Shown here: positions 63,255-64,000 of the stretch, piece by piece
How positions within the stretch are numbered: position 1 is the first letter of the stretch
Layout: each line of letters begins with the position of its first letter
Assembly: GCF_963921235.1 (NCBI RefSeq)
Contig: NC_086097.1
Location: forward strand, 158,536,001-158,600,000
Source of the DNA: Mobula hypostoma
Lineage: Eukaryota
Direction: 5' to 3'
DNA: 64,000 nucleotides
Notes under the pieces: generated by a model
Database searches by the model: none
What the model was told of the DNA's origin: nothing
What the model saw: only the letters and a program-made list of their open reading frames with translations
Made by a program: the position numbers and the translations under genes

Positions 63255-63690
63255 ACAAGGAACTCTGCAGATGCTGGAAATCCAAAGCAATGCACACAAA
63301 ATGCTTGAGGAACTCAGAGATCAGGTAGCATCCATGGAAATGATCAGTCAACATTTTGAGCCAAGACCCTTCTACAGGACTCGAAAGGGAGGTTGTAGAT
63401 GCCAGAATAAAAAGGTGGGAGGAGGGGAAGGAGGATAGCTAGAAGGTGATAGGTGAAGCCATGGAGGTGGGAAGCGCTGAAGAGGAAGCAATCTGTTAAG
63501 GAGAGTCGAGTGGACCATAGGAAAAAGGGAAGGAGGAGGGGCACCAGGAGAGGTGATAGGCAGCTGTAAAGAGGTAAGAGGCCAGAATGGGGAATAGAAG
63601 AGGAAGGGAGGGGACACACTGTCTTAGTCTGCCTGAAATATTGCATATCAGGATGGGGCAGGAGTTGAAATTTTGAATAGTTCATTCTCT
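63255..63690 (-). mobile_element. Penelope 3' terminal fragment
   Basis: ctgcagatgctggaaatcc...cagtcaacattttgagccaagacccttctacaggact; purine-rich body. Confidence 0.8.
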
Positions 63691-64000
63691 AATACATATT
63701 TATTTGCATTTCAACTCATTCCAGTTGTGCTGCAGCTGGAGGAATTTCCTACTGTTGTATAGCACCTGAAAACTGAAGAGGCATTTAATATATACCAGTT
63801 GGGTCCTGACTGACTGATCTTTACATGAGCTAGGATTTCTGAATGACAACTATTCAAACCATAGTACATGGGGGTTCCTACAATACATATCTAAAATTTG
63901 CAAGGTCAAGTCTAATTTCAGTGGGGTTCCTTTAAGCTTTAGGCTGCAGGTCATTTGTCTATTAGTAAGTAGCTGTTTGTGGGTTCTTATTCTGCATAAA

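Overview
This window is eukaryotic and non-genic-looking (intronic or intergenic). It is most likely from a cartilaginous fish such as a ray or skate; that is an inference from the repeat families and their 3' tails. I found no intact host protein-coding gene, rRNA, tRNA or CRISPR array, and nearly all ORF-track entries are fragments or antisense frames of retroelements. The window is a dense, often nested mosaic of CR1 LINEs, Rex1/Babar LINEs, RTE LINEs, Penelope-like elements (PLE), an L1-clade element, Gypsy LTR remnants, tRNA-derived SINEs and one pogo/Tigger MITE. Highlights: (1) about a dozen PLE terminal repeats carry a minimal type-I hammerhead ribozyme motif, and two have an intact core (17791-17828 minus, 56086-56123 plus). 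(2) Inverted (fold-back) PLE units inserted as single events with target-site duplications (TSDs); 55543-56222 has a 17-bp TSD. (3) An ORF1-only 'half-L1' has both ends and a 15-bp TSD (32860-34815). (4) A MITE closely resembles mammalian Tigger4/Zombi and is a horizontal-transfer candidate. (5) A young RTE-type tRNA SINE has a 12-bp TSD. (6) Several non-coding retroposons carry Rex1-type tails. Family names come from recognising motifs by eye, not from database searches. Boundaries without a TSD are approximate.
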